In this document: positions 1 to 7,329 of the stretch, one piece after another
Layout: each line of letters opens with the position of its first letter
Position numbering within the stretch: the stretch's first letter is position 1
Virus record (IMG/VR): IMGVR_UViG_3300026191_000002
Coordinates: 1 to 50,972 of that record
Strand: one strand, 5' to 3'
DNA from: a virus
Lineage: Duplodnaviria > Caudoviricetes
DNA length: 50,972 bases
Translations under genes and position numbers: made by a program
Notes under the pieces: model-generated
The model's database searches: none
What the model saw: only the letters and a program-made list of their open reading frames with translations
Told to the model about the DNA's origin: nothing

Positions 1-29
1 CGCAATGCACTTAGCTTGTTAATTGAATA

Positions 30-45
30 AGCCCCTTCGGGGGCT
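30..45 (+). promoter_or_regulatory. cUUCGg tetraloop hairpin immediately upstream of an RBS
   Basis: AGCCCC-TTCG-GGGGCT; related copies at 50416-50430 and inverted at 46617-46630. Confidence 0.6.
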
Positions 46-58
46 AAGGATAAAAACC

Positions 59-298
59 ATGAAAAATAAATTATCAGATTTAAACAACCATCTTTTTGCA
101 CAACTTGAACGCCTTGGTGATGAAGATATCAAGGGCGATGAATTAAAAGACGAAATTGAGCGCGGCAAGTCGATGGCAAGCGTTGCAAAAGAAATTGTTA
201 GCAATGCAAAGCTGGCGCTTGATGTTGCTGTTAAGTATGACGAGATGAGCCAGAACGCCAAGCAACACGTTGATGGTATGTTATTGGAGAACAGATAA
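59..298 (+). CDS. Conserved phage hypothetical protein (commonly paired with HNH gene)
   Basis: ATG at 59 after AAGGA; MKNKLSDLNNHLFAQLERL motif; stop overlaps the next start. Confidence 0.75.
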   Translation: MKNKLSDLNNHLFAQLERLGDEDIKGDELKDEIERGKSMASVAKEIVSNAKLALDVAVKYDEMSQNAKQHVDGMLLENR

Positions 299-1119
299 TG
301 TTTTCTTACTCAGCGGAACACATTGCTTTTCTTCGTGAGAATTACCCACGCATGACAAGGCCAGAACTCACTGAAGCTTTTAACCAGGCATTTGGTTTAG
401 ACAAGTCTGAGGGTGCCATTAAGAGCACTATCAAGGTGCATCAGATTAAAAGCGGCCGCACATCTGGTAAGCGCCCCGTATCGAGCGAAATCAAATCAAA
501 GCTTTTTAATAAAGGGCAAGTGAAGTTTATTAGCGAAAATTACAAACAAATGAGTCGTAAAGAGTTGCTATCGGCGCTTAACGATAAGTTTGGTCTTTCT
601 ATAACGCTTAGCCAATTAGTGTCTTTTGTTAAAAACCACAAAATAAACTCTGGGCGAAGCGGCTACTTCGTTAAGGGTCAGAAAAGCTGGAACAAAGGCA
701 CGAAAGGTGTTTTGAAAGCAAATTCAGGTTCTTTCAAAAAGGGCGAAAAGCCAGCTAATTATCACCCAGTTGGTCATGAACGGGTTGATTCAAAGGATGG
801 TTATATTCTTGTGAAAGTGGCTGACAAAAACCCTTGGAAATCTAGCAAGTCGGGATGGTACCGCCACAAGCATGTAGTCATTTGGGAGCAGCACAACGGG
901 CCCGTTCCTGAAGGAATGTGCATTAGGTTTAAAGATAACAATAAGCGCAACTTCGATATTAATAACTTGTTTTTAGTTAGTCGCGGTGAACACATAAGGC
1001 TCAACCAAATGGGTTATGGCGAACAGCCAGAAGAGTTAAAGCCAATTGTTATCAACATCGCAAAGCTAGACCAGGCAAGCTTCGACAAAATTAAGCAACT
1101 TAAGGAACAAGCAGCATGA
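298..1119 (+). CDS. HNH endonuclease-family protein with duplicated N-terminal HTH-like repeats
   Basis: WNKG..GSFKKG..PVGHER..DGYILVK..KHVVIWEQHNGPVPEG..FKDNNKRNFDINNL; two ~55-aa N-terminal repeats each ending SGR. Confidence 0.85.
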   Translation: MFSYSAEHIAFLRENYPRMTRPELTEAFNQAFGLDKSEGAIKSTIKVHQIKSGRTSGKRPVSSEIKSKLFNKGQVKFISENYKQMSRKELLSALNDKFGLSITLSQLVSFVKNHKINSGRSGYFVKGQKSWNKGTKGVLKANSGSFKKGEKPANYHPVGHERVDSKDGYILVKVADKNPWKSSKSGWYRHKHVVIWEQHNGPVPEGMCIRFKDNNKRNFDINNLFLVSRGEHIRLNQMGYGEQPEELKPIVINIAKLDQASFDKIKQLKEQAA

Positions 1120-1703
1120 ACAACATTATGTTAGACCTAGAAACAATGGGCAAAGGCTCAAACGCCGCTATCGTGTCAATCGGGGCGGTATTCTTCAACC
1201 CTCTTACTGGTGAGATAGGTGAGCAGTTTTATAAGCGCATTTGGTTAGAGAGCGCTGCCAAGTATGGCGAAATTGATGCGGGTACCGTTGCATGGTGGCT
1301 GAAGCAGAGCGATGAAGCACGCGCTGAGATTAATCACAATGATAGCGTTGGCTTAAGTGAAGCGGTACGCGGATTTAGCGAATTTGTTATAGGTACGGCC
1401 CAATGCTCTTTTGCTGATATTCGAGTATGGGGCAACGGTTGCACATTCGACAATGTAATCATTGCCAACGCATACAAGCAGCTGAAGCTTCAAAAGCCTT
1501 GGTCTTACGCTGGCGATATGGATGTACGAACCATTGTTGAGCTAGGCCGTAAGCTTCTTAATTTCGACCCTAAGAAAGATATGCCGTTTGAAGGTGAAAA
1601 GCATAACGCCCTAGCTGATGCCATTCACCAGGCTAAGTATGTTTCTGCTATTTATCAGAAGTTAGCTGAAGCCACTTATCGCGATGAGGTGAACGCAGCA
1701 TGA
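1116..1703 (+). CDS. DEDDh 3'-5' exonuclease/exoribonuclease (DUF5051-like)
   Basis: MLDLETMG, WGNGCTFD, DVRT and HNALADA motifs. Confidence 0.9.
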   Translation: MNNIMLDLETMGKGSNAAIVSIGAVFFNPLTGEIGEQFYKRIWLESAAKYGEIDAGTVAWWLKQSDEARAEINHNDSVGLSEAVRGFSEFVIGTAQCSFADIRVWGNGCTFDNVIIANAYKQLKLQKPWSYAGDMDVRTIVELGRKLLNFDPKKDMPFEGEKHNALADAIHQAKYVSAIYQKLAEATYRDEVNAA

Positions 1704-1891
1704 AGCGCCAGATATTCGTTAACGGAAAGCCCCACTACGCCAGCGCGCAGCTAGTGGGTAAAGTTCAAAGCATGGTTGAGCATAATTACACAACCATGCA
1801 GATAGCAGAGCAGATCAGCAGAACGCGAGGTTTTACCCAAAAACTGGTTATGTCGATTAAAGTTGAAGCGCAAATGGGGAGAGTGGCGTGA
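1700..1891 (+). CDS. Small HTH-like hypothetical protein; homolog of 50442-50630
   Basis: Coupled start/stop; same length and identical AQMGRVA end as 50442-50630. Confidence 0.75.
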   Translation: MKRQIFVNGKPHYASAQLVGKVQSMVEHNYTTMQIAEQISRTRGFTQKLVMSIKVEAQMGRVA

Positions 1892-1899
1892 GTGAATTA
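1871..1899 (+). repeat. Repeat D: 29-bp gene-junction repeat, second copy at 50610-50638
   Basis: CAAATGGGGAGAGTGGCGTGAGTGAATTA is identical at both sites. Confidence 0.95.
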
Positions 1900-2361
1900 G
1901 TAAAATGCGCAACGTGCAAAACTGAAAAGCCAGTCAGTGAAATGCAGACCTGCCTGCACGCTGGTTGGGAATATAGTGTTTGTGATATGCCCTGCATGAT
2001 TAAGTTTTATAAAGGGGAAATAAAGCCAGATATCGTTATCACGCCCGACTTAGAGGAAATGGTCAGGCTTGGAATGAACCCGAAAGAATACCACTTACAC
2101 AAGGAAAATTTAGAGTTAACTGAGCAACTAGCAAAAGCTAATGAGCGTGTGAAGGAGTTGGAGAAAGAAAGAGAAACAGGTTACGAGGTTTGGCAAGCCA
2201 ATTATCAGGCTCTAAAAGATTCAATGAGTTTAACTACTTGCTACGAGTGCGGCACACGAGTTTACGAACTATCACCGCGCAGCCGTTGCTGTATGTGCGA
2301 ATACGGTAGGGCGCAATTCAACGAGCGTGAGAACGAACAACTACGCAAGGAGCAAGAGTGA
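1888..2361 (+). CDS. Modular hypothetical protein (Cys-rich N module, EQLAKANERV linker, Cys-rich C module, EQLRKEQE tail)
   Basis: ORF coupled at both ends; contains repeats A and B. Confidence 0.75.
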   Translation: MSELVKCATCKTEKPVSEMQTCLHAGWEYSVCDMPCMIKFYKGEIKPDIVITPDLEEMVRLGMNPKEYHLHKENLELTEQLAKANERVKELEKERETGYEVWQANYQALKDSMSLTTCYECGTRVYELSPRSRCCMCEYGRAQFNERENEQLRKEQE

Positions 2362-2630
2362 TGGGCAAAGGCAATGAGAAAGAAAAGTTTTACTGCCCAT
2401 TTTGCGATTTGCCGCTAAACGGTAAACGCCATGAATATGAGAGTATGGCATTTGACTTGTACGCTTGTGAGTATGATGCATCTCGAAGCGAAAAGAGACC
2501 AATTTCTGAGTTAGAAAAGAACGAAAAAAATATAGCGGAAATGAAAAAAGAACGTAGCCGAATGTATAAGTTAATAAAGCAGCTCAAAGCAAGAAATGAA
2601 GAAATCGAAAAACTACGTGAGGAGCAATAG
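2358..2630 (+). CDS. Hypothetical protein (CPFC motif plus coiled coil)
   Basis: Starts in a repeat B copy and ends in a degenerate one. Confidence 0.7.
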   Translation: MMGKGNEKEKFYCPFCDLPLNGKRHEYESMAFDLYACEYDASRSEKRPISELEKNEKNIAEMKKERSRMYKLIKQLKARNEEIEKLREEQ

Positions 2631-3091
2631 TGATGACTTTGTGGTCAGACGGTAAAACAAGCGAAGAAATTCAAAAACTATCAGAAGTTGATGGTAACTC
2701 TGTCGCGTATAACCTGCACGAAGACTTGCTATGTGTAAAAGAAGATTTAGCAAAGGCTAATGAGCGTGTGAGGGAGTTGGAGCAAGCTAATTTGGAGCTA
2801 GCTGCTAACGTTGAAGCATGTTGTGAGCTAACCGATATGGATATGGGCGCAGCAATAGAAAGGCTTTTCGAGATTGACAATACAGAGTCAAAAGCACTGC
2901 TAAACAAATTCGCCATAGAGAAGAAGCAAGAGGCTATCTTAACAATCAAAGACAAGTGGATTAAAAAAGCGTCTGAAATGCCGCCACAGCTTGAATGCAG
3001 AAGCAAAGGCTATAGCTGTTATAACTGGGCGATGTTTTATGCAAGAGAGTTAACAGATGAAGCAGAACAACTACGCAAGGAGCAAGAGTGA
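2630..3091 (+). CDS. Modular hypothetical protein (repeats A, C and B)
   Basis: LAKANERV, LNKFAIEK and EQLRKEQE in one frame. Confidence 0.75.
   Translation: MMTLWSDGKTSEEIQKLSEVDGNSVAYNLHEDLLCVKEDLAKANERVRELEQANLELAANVEACCELTDMDMGAAIERLFEIDNTESKALLNKFAIEKKQEAILTIKDKWIKKASEMPPQLECRSKGYSCYNWAMFYARELTDEAEQLRKEQE
2899..2922 (+). repeat. Repeat C: 24 bp encoding LNKFAIEK, second copy at 3812-3835
   Basis: GCTAAACAAATTCGCCATAGAGAA is identical at both sites. Confidence 0.95.
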
Positions 3092-3282
3092 TGGGGTATT
3101 GTGCCGTTCCATACAAAGAATTACCAGATGTTTGCAGAACATGCAGATTCAGAGATTTTGATGCCGCAGATGAATACTCAAATTTTTGGCATTACTGCAC
3201 AAAGGGTTTATATATCCCAACAAAGAAAAACTCATGTAAAGTCAAAGATAAGCAACTACGCAAGGAGCAAAGCAATGATTGA
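3088..3282 (+). CDS. Small Cys-rich hypothetical protein
   Basis: Bounded by two repeat B copies; CxxC..C..C pattern. Confidence 0.7.
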   Translation: MMGYCAVPYKELPDVCRTCRFRDFDAADEYSNFWHYCTKGLYIPTKKNSCKVKDKQLRKEQSND

Positions 3283-3637
3283 GAAATTAGAATGCACTTG
3301 CATCGAAGCATACAAAACAAGAAAAATGCGTGACCCGAATTGTTGCGCTTGTTCGTGTGACCACAATGATTTAGTAGAGCAACTAGCAAAGGCTAATGAG
3401 CGTGTTGATGGCCTTGAAAAGGCACTGGCAAATTGCGCAGATGCTTTGTACGAAAGCAACATAAATCACAAAAAAGCTATTGATAAGATACAAGCAGAAT
3501 GCATTGATGTCTTATTTGATTTTGCTGCAAAAAGAGATGATTCAGGATTTGCTATAGCTCTGTATGAGCAGCCATATGAAATTCAGGATGCCATAAGGAC
3601 ATTCAAGCAACTAAGCAAGGATCAATCAAATGGGTAA
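3275..3637 (+). CDS. Modular hypothetical protein (Cys-rich N module, repeat A, C module)
   Basis: ATG at 3275 follows the AAGGAG of repeat B; preferred to the track start at 3101. Confidence 0.75.
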   Translation: MIEKLECTCIEAYKTRKMRDPNCCACSCDHNDLVEQLAKANERVDGLEKALANCADALYESNINHKKAIDKIQAECIDVLFDFAAKRDDSGFAIALYEQPYEIQDAIRTFKQLSKDQSNG

Positions 3638-3953
3638 CGGTGTAACAGTAAAAAACACAGCATCGGTAAGTCAGCGTGATGTTGTTGACTCACTAACAAA
3701 GCAACTAGCAAAGGCTAATGAGCGTGTTGCGCTACTTGAGCGAGTTGAAAAGATTTTTAATGAATCACCAGAACTAACCTTCGAAAACGTGAAGGTCATG
3801 TTCAATGATGAGCTAAACAAATTCGCCATAGAGAAACAACTAGAGACAGCGAAGAAGTGTGCTTTTGGTAGCACCAGCTGGGTTTTAGAGCATATAAAGT
3901 TTCTGGAAGAACAACTACGCAAGGAACAAGATCATGAAAAAACTAAAAGCTAA
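3630..3953 (+). CDS. Modular hypothetical protein (repeats A, C and B)
   Basis: KQLAKANERV, LNKFAIEK and EQLRKEQ in one frame. Confidence 0.75.
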   Translation: MGNGVTVKNTASVSQRDVVDSLTKQLAKANERVALLERVEKIFNESPELTFENVKVMFNDELNKFAIEKQLETAKKCAFGSTSWVLEHIKFLEEQLRKEQDHEKTKS

Positions 3954-4152
3954 ACAGCTAGGCCCGTGGTGTTCGTTCTGTGCACCTAAAACGACTAGAG
4001 CTGTTTATCGTGAAAATGGTTTTGCCGATAAGTTCGCTTGCTCTGAGCATAAGAGCGATTTAGCTCAACATGAGCGCCAGAAAGCCGAGCGAGAGGAACA
4101 TCTTACTGAAGCCGACTATCAGACTTGGATGAGGTTATGGGATTATGCTTAA
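3934..4152 (+). CDS. Small Zn-finger-like hypothetical protein
   Basis: CxxC...CxxH pattern; starts after repeat B. Confidence 0.7.
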   Translation: MKKLKAKQLGPWCSFCAPKTTRAVYRENGFADKFACSEHKSDLAQHERQKAEREEHLTEADYQTWMRLWDYA

Positions 4153-4420
4153 TCTGAAAGAAGGTGAGATTTATTACTCTATTGAAGACCTCAAAGGATA
4201 CGAGGTTGTAACGTATAGAAGTGGGTATTGGTACTTATGTTGCTTTAAGGTTACTTGTTCAGCAATAAAGCATATCTTTGATATGACTCCTCAAGAAGAA
4301 TTCTCTAAAAAGTTTTTTACTTCTCACTTAGATGCGATGGAGGCTAATTACAAGCGTCAAAAAAGCCAAGCATTAAAGGCATTAGAAGTGGTGAAGAAGC
4401 TACGCAAGGAGCAAGAGTGA
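4145..4420 (+). CDS. Hypothetical protein ending in repeat B
   Basis: Coupled ORF ending KLRKEQE. Confidence 0.7.
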   Translation: MLNLKEGEIYYSIEDLKGYEVVTYRSGYWYLCCFKVTCSAIKHIFDMTPQEEFSKKFFTSHLDAMEANYKRQKSQALKALEVVKKLRKEQE

Positions 4421-4701
4421 TGTTTAGTCAAATGGTCGATAGCTTGGTAAATAAGCTAAAAAGCGCTGGCTATAAGTCATCAGGTAGTTATACCGGTGAT
4501 TTGACAGTATTGAGCGGCTACAACAAAGACGAGATAGCTGCGGCTAGACAAGCAATAGCGGAGTGGTTACAAGACAACCACAACGACCTTGCAGTTGAGA
4601 ACGAAGCGCTAAAGCAAAAGCTTTTTATCTGTAATGAAATCATCAGCAAATCGAATTTTGCACCGATGACGGTGCCGCTAGTGGGGAAATCCAATGACTA
4701 A
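4417..4701 (+). CDS. Hypothetical protein
   Basis: Starts within repeat B; overlaps the next gene. Confidence 0.7.
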   Translation: MMFSQMVDSLVNKLKSAGYKSSGSYTGDLTVLSGYNKDEIAAARQAIAEWLQDNHNDLAVENEALKQKLFICNEIISKSNFAPMTVPLVGKSND

Positions 4702-5194
4702 ACGCAAAGCAAACACCCCAATCAAGCGCAAGCAGATGATTGCCCGTACTGCGCTTAAAAACCTTTGTATAGCTATGGTGCTAGGCGAAGCAAAGTATTG
4801 CACGGTAATGAATTACAAATCGTGCAATGAAGTTAAGGTTTCTCAGCAAGTCGCTGAACTTATCGCTGGCCTTCCGTGGAAATGGTATTTCGAGTGCTCA
4901 GTAGTATGTCGTGACCAAAACGGCAAAGAGTACATCGTTAGCGAAACGGTTCATTGTGAGTCAGCTTATCGCCAGTCTGACCCAAGACTTAACGACTTTC
5001 TAAACACGCACCACAAAGCGTTTTTAGCAAAGCAGAATAACCTACACGTTATTACGCTGGCATGGGTAGCCGTTCCCGCCATCGGTGACAAAGTAGATTT
5101 AGAAATTGAAACACTAGATAAGATTTACACCAAGCTAGGTGCGTTTGAATATCTATCTACGTGGGAAAATAACCAGTTGGAGGATGCGGCGTGA
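4694..5194 (+). CDS. Phage hypothetical protein
   Basis: 166-aa ORF coupled at both ends. Confidence 0.75.
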   Translation: MTKRKANTPIKRKQMIARTALKNLCIAMVLGEAKYCTVMNYKSCNEVKVSQQVAELIAGLPWKWYFECSVVCRDQNGKEYIVSETVHCESAYRQSDPRLNDFLNTHHKAFLAKQNNLHVITLAWVAVPAIGDKVDLEIETLDKIYTKLGAFEYLSTWENNQLEDAA

Positions 5195-5454
5195 GTGAGT
5201 CTGTTTTAGTTCGCCATCAAAGCTTCAAATGCCGCCATAACAGATACATAGTTGACCCAAGATTAAGTGTTGTTGAGTGCGGTATATGTGGCGAAAAACT
5301 TAATCCAATGTGGGTTTTAGAGCAACTTTGCGGTAGAGAAAATCGAGCGGCTGACAGGCTTGAATTCCTTAATAAGCAAGCAGAAAAAGCCATAAACAAA
5401 AATCGTTGCAAGTGTGAAAAGTGTGGCGAAATGACAAGAATTCAAAGGAGCTAA
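5191..5454 (+). CDS. Zn-ribbon hypothetical protein
   Basis: CxH..CGIC..CKCEKC motifs. Confidence 0.7.
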   Translation: MSESVLVRHQSFKCRHNRYIVDPRLSVVECGICGEKLNPMWVLEQLCGRENRAADRLEFLNKQAEKAINKNRCKCEKCGEMTRIQRS

Positions 5455-5457
5455 TCA

Positions 5458-5670
5458 ATGACTAACCAAGAGATCTTAGCTAATGGGCCTGAAGGCTGGA
5501 CTGGTATTTATATTTCAGATGGCTTCTACCGCTGGATTATGGAAGACGGTACTCACTCAAACCTCATCAGCAATGAAGCTTACTGCAACGCCCAAAGTCA
5601 CGAACGAAGCCGCGATGACATTGAGCGAATCGTCTATCTTGAAAGTGTATTGAAGGGGGAAGCAGCGTGA
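5458..5670 (+). CDS. Hypothetical protein
   Basis: AAGGAG RBS; ends EAA overlapping the next GTG. Confidence 0.7.
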   Translation: MTNQEILANGPEGWTGIYISDGFYRWIMEDGTHSNLISNEAYCNAQSHERSRDDIERIVYLESVLKGEAA

Positions 5671-5834
5671 AATTAAGCCACTTTAAGTCTATGTCAAAAC
5701 TTCGAGTGATCTTCTATCTCGTAGTTCTCATCATTTGCCTTGCTAGTTCCTATCACAGTATAAATGTGTACATTGAATGTGAAGGAGAAGTCCTACGAGG
5801 TATGTTCAAACTTGTGTGTGTTGAGGGTAATTAA
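5667..5834 (+). CDS. Small membrane protein (55 aa, not in ORF track)
   Basis: GTG overlaps the previous stop; hydrophobic VIFYLVVLIICLA stretch; fills the gap exactly. Confidence 0.6.
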   Translation: MKLSHFKSMSKLRVIFYLVVLIICLASSYHSINVYIECEGEVLRGMFKLVCVEGN

Positions 5835-6041
5835 GTGAATGACTTTCTTTCCGATCAAGAAATTGAAGAACTTACTGGCGCTAAACAAGTGAGTAAGCAA
5901 AAAGAGATCTTAACAAAGAATCGAATATACTTTGTTGAACGCACAGATGGAAAAATAAAAGTGTGCTGGCACCACGTTCACAACCCTATGGTTGATAAAC
6001 AGTCTGGTACAGATTCGCTAATTAATTGGGAAGCAGCATGA
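5835..6041 (+). CDS. Putative excisionase (DUF4224-like)
   Basis: FLSDQEIEELTG..Q...L....I.F..R.DG pattern; directly upstream of the integrase. Confidence 0.75.
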   Translation: MNDFLSDQEIEELTGAKQVSKQKEILTKNRIYFVERTDGKIKVCWHHVHNPMVDKQSGTDSLINWEAA

Positions 6042-7036
6042 CCAGAAGGAAAAGCCGTAAAGACGCATGGATGCCGCCGCGTGTATACAGAGGTAAATCA
6101 GCTTATGAGTATCACCCTAAAGGGGGTGGTGCTATTAGGCTTTGCAAACTCGATGCAAAGAACTGGGAGGTATTAAAAGCCCACGAAGATGCAGTTCAGG
6201 CGCTTGAAGCTAAAGAGAACCTTTCAGGTTTGGTAAGCGACTTTTTTGAAAGCGCTGATTTCTCTGATTTATCGAAAACTACGCAAGCTGATTACCGCAA
6301 GTATAGCCGTAAGGTTTTATCGGTATTTGGTAAAGTTCACCCCGATAACTTAGAGCCTCGTCACGTTCGCGCTTATATGGATAAGCGTGGTGCTAAATCG
6401 AAGACACAAGCCAACCGTGAAAAGGCTTTTCTTTCTCGTTGCTACCGTTGGGCTTACGAACGCGGCCTAGTTAAACAGAACCCATGCAAAGGCGTTAAAC
6501 AGTTTAAAGAAACTGCCAGAGATAGATACGTTGAAGACTGGGAATACAAAGCAGTATTTGAAAACGCCCCACCCCACGTGCAAGCAGCAATGGAGATAAG
6601 CTATTTGTGCGCGGCGCGTAAAGGTGATGTTCTATCAATGACGTGGGACCAAATACGCGATGAAGGTATTTTCATTCAGCAAGGCAAGACCAATGTAAAG
6701 CAAATTAAGGAATGGACCCCACGCCTTAGAAAAGCTATTGAGTTAGCCAAATCGCTGAGAACGGGAAATATTATTAGCCGCTGGGTTATCTGCCAGGCTA
6801 ACGGGAAGTGTTACACAGGTCGAGGTTTCGATCAGGGTTGGATGGATGCGCGTGAAGCAGCTCGAGCAAAAACCAACATGGCGTTAGATTTCACGTTCCA
6901 TGATTTGAAAGCGAAGTCTATCAGTGATTATGAAGGTAGCACGAAAGAGAAACAGATCTTCTCTGGCCATAAAACAGAGCGACAAGTTAATACTTACGAT
7001 AGGAAAGTGAAAGTTGTTCCTAGCCTAAAAAGGTGA
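6038..7036 (+). CDS. int: Tyrosine recombinase (phage integrase)
   Basis: AARKGD, QGKT, FHDLKAK, SGHK and C-terminal Tyr motifs; adjacent to attP; ATG at 6038 overlaps the upstream stop. Confidence 0.95.
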   Translation: MTRRKSRKDAWMPPRVYRGKSAYEYHPKGGGAIRLCKLDAKNWEVLKAHEDAVQALEAKENLSGLVSDFFESADFSDLSKTTQADYRKYSRKVLSVFGKVHPDNLEPRHVRAYMDKRGAKSKTQANREKAFLSRCYRWAYERGLVKQNPCKGVKQFKETARDRYVEDWEYKAVFENAPPHVQAAMEISYLCAARKGDVLSMTWDQIRDEGIFIQQGKTNVKQIKEWTPRLRKAIELAKSLRTGNIISRWVICQANGKCYTGRGFDQGWMDAREAARAKTNMALDFTFHDLKAKSISDYEGSTKEKQIFSGHKTERQVNTYDRKVKVVPSLKR

Positions 7037-7051
7037 TTATAGCAAAAAAGC

Positions 7052-7305
7052 GTTAGGAAAGTTGTTAGGAAAGGTTGGTCACAAAGAATTAAACGACTGA
7101 CCTTTAAAGTTTTAAAGCGTTGTTTTTAAAGGTTTTTTGATTGGTGCCCGGGGCCGGACTTGAACCGGCACGCTGTTACCAGCGAGGGATTTTAAATCCG
7201 TATGAACAGGCTAGTAAACACACAGGCTTGATAGGTACTGTTCCTAACAAAATTCATTGTTTAAGTGTTTGATTTGTCGTATTTGAGAGAGTTCTTGTTA
7301 GGAAA
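7052..7305. promoter_or_regulatory. Putative integrase arm-type sites (GTTAGGAA) and IHF site flanking the att core
   Basis: GTTAGGAAAG at 7052-7061 and 7064-7073, inverted copy at 7241-7250, direct copy at 7295-7305; AATCAAACACTTA on minus at 7262-7274 fits WATCAANNNNTTR. Confidence 0.7.
7142..7199 (-). other. attP core: 3' half of tRNA-Leu(TAA)
   Basis: Minus strand GGATTTAAAATCCCTCGCTGGTAACAGCGTGCCGGTTCAAGTCCGGCCCCGGGCACCA gives anticodon arm, long variable arm, T arm and CCA; no 5' half. Confidence 0.92.
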
Positions 7306-7329
7306 TAAAAGGCGTCCTTGCCCAAAGAT

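Larger units (their letters stand above)
2122..3729 (+). repeat. Repeat A family (CAACTAGCAAAGGCTAATGAGCGTGT, encodes QLAKANERV)
   Basis: Copies at 2122-2152, 2748-2771, 3377-3407, 3700-3729 and from 50846; always mid-gene and in the same frame. Confidence 0.95.
2335..4422 (+). repeat. Repeat B family (CAACTACGCAAGGAGCAAGAGTGATG, encodes QLRKEQE*, contains SD and stop/start overlap)
   Basis: Seven copies at about 2335-2365, 2610-2635, 3065-3095, 3251-3270, 3606-3625, 3909-3931 and 4400-4422; 2335-2365 and 3065-3095 are identical over 31 bp. Confidence 0.95.

Noticed and set aside
3101-3274. N-terminal extension of the 178-aa ORF
   Set aside because: It overlaps 3088-3282 entirely; the ATG at 3275 has the repeat-B RBS.
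2122-4422. CRISPR array or integron attC array
   Set aside because: The repeats are in-frame coding, irregularly spaced by hundreds of bp and non-palindromic; no cas or intI gene is present.
7142-7199. Functional phage tRNA gene
   Set aside because: The 5' acceptor strand and D arm are missing; it is the att core.
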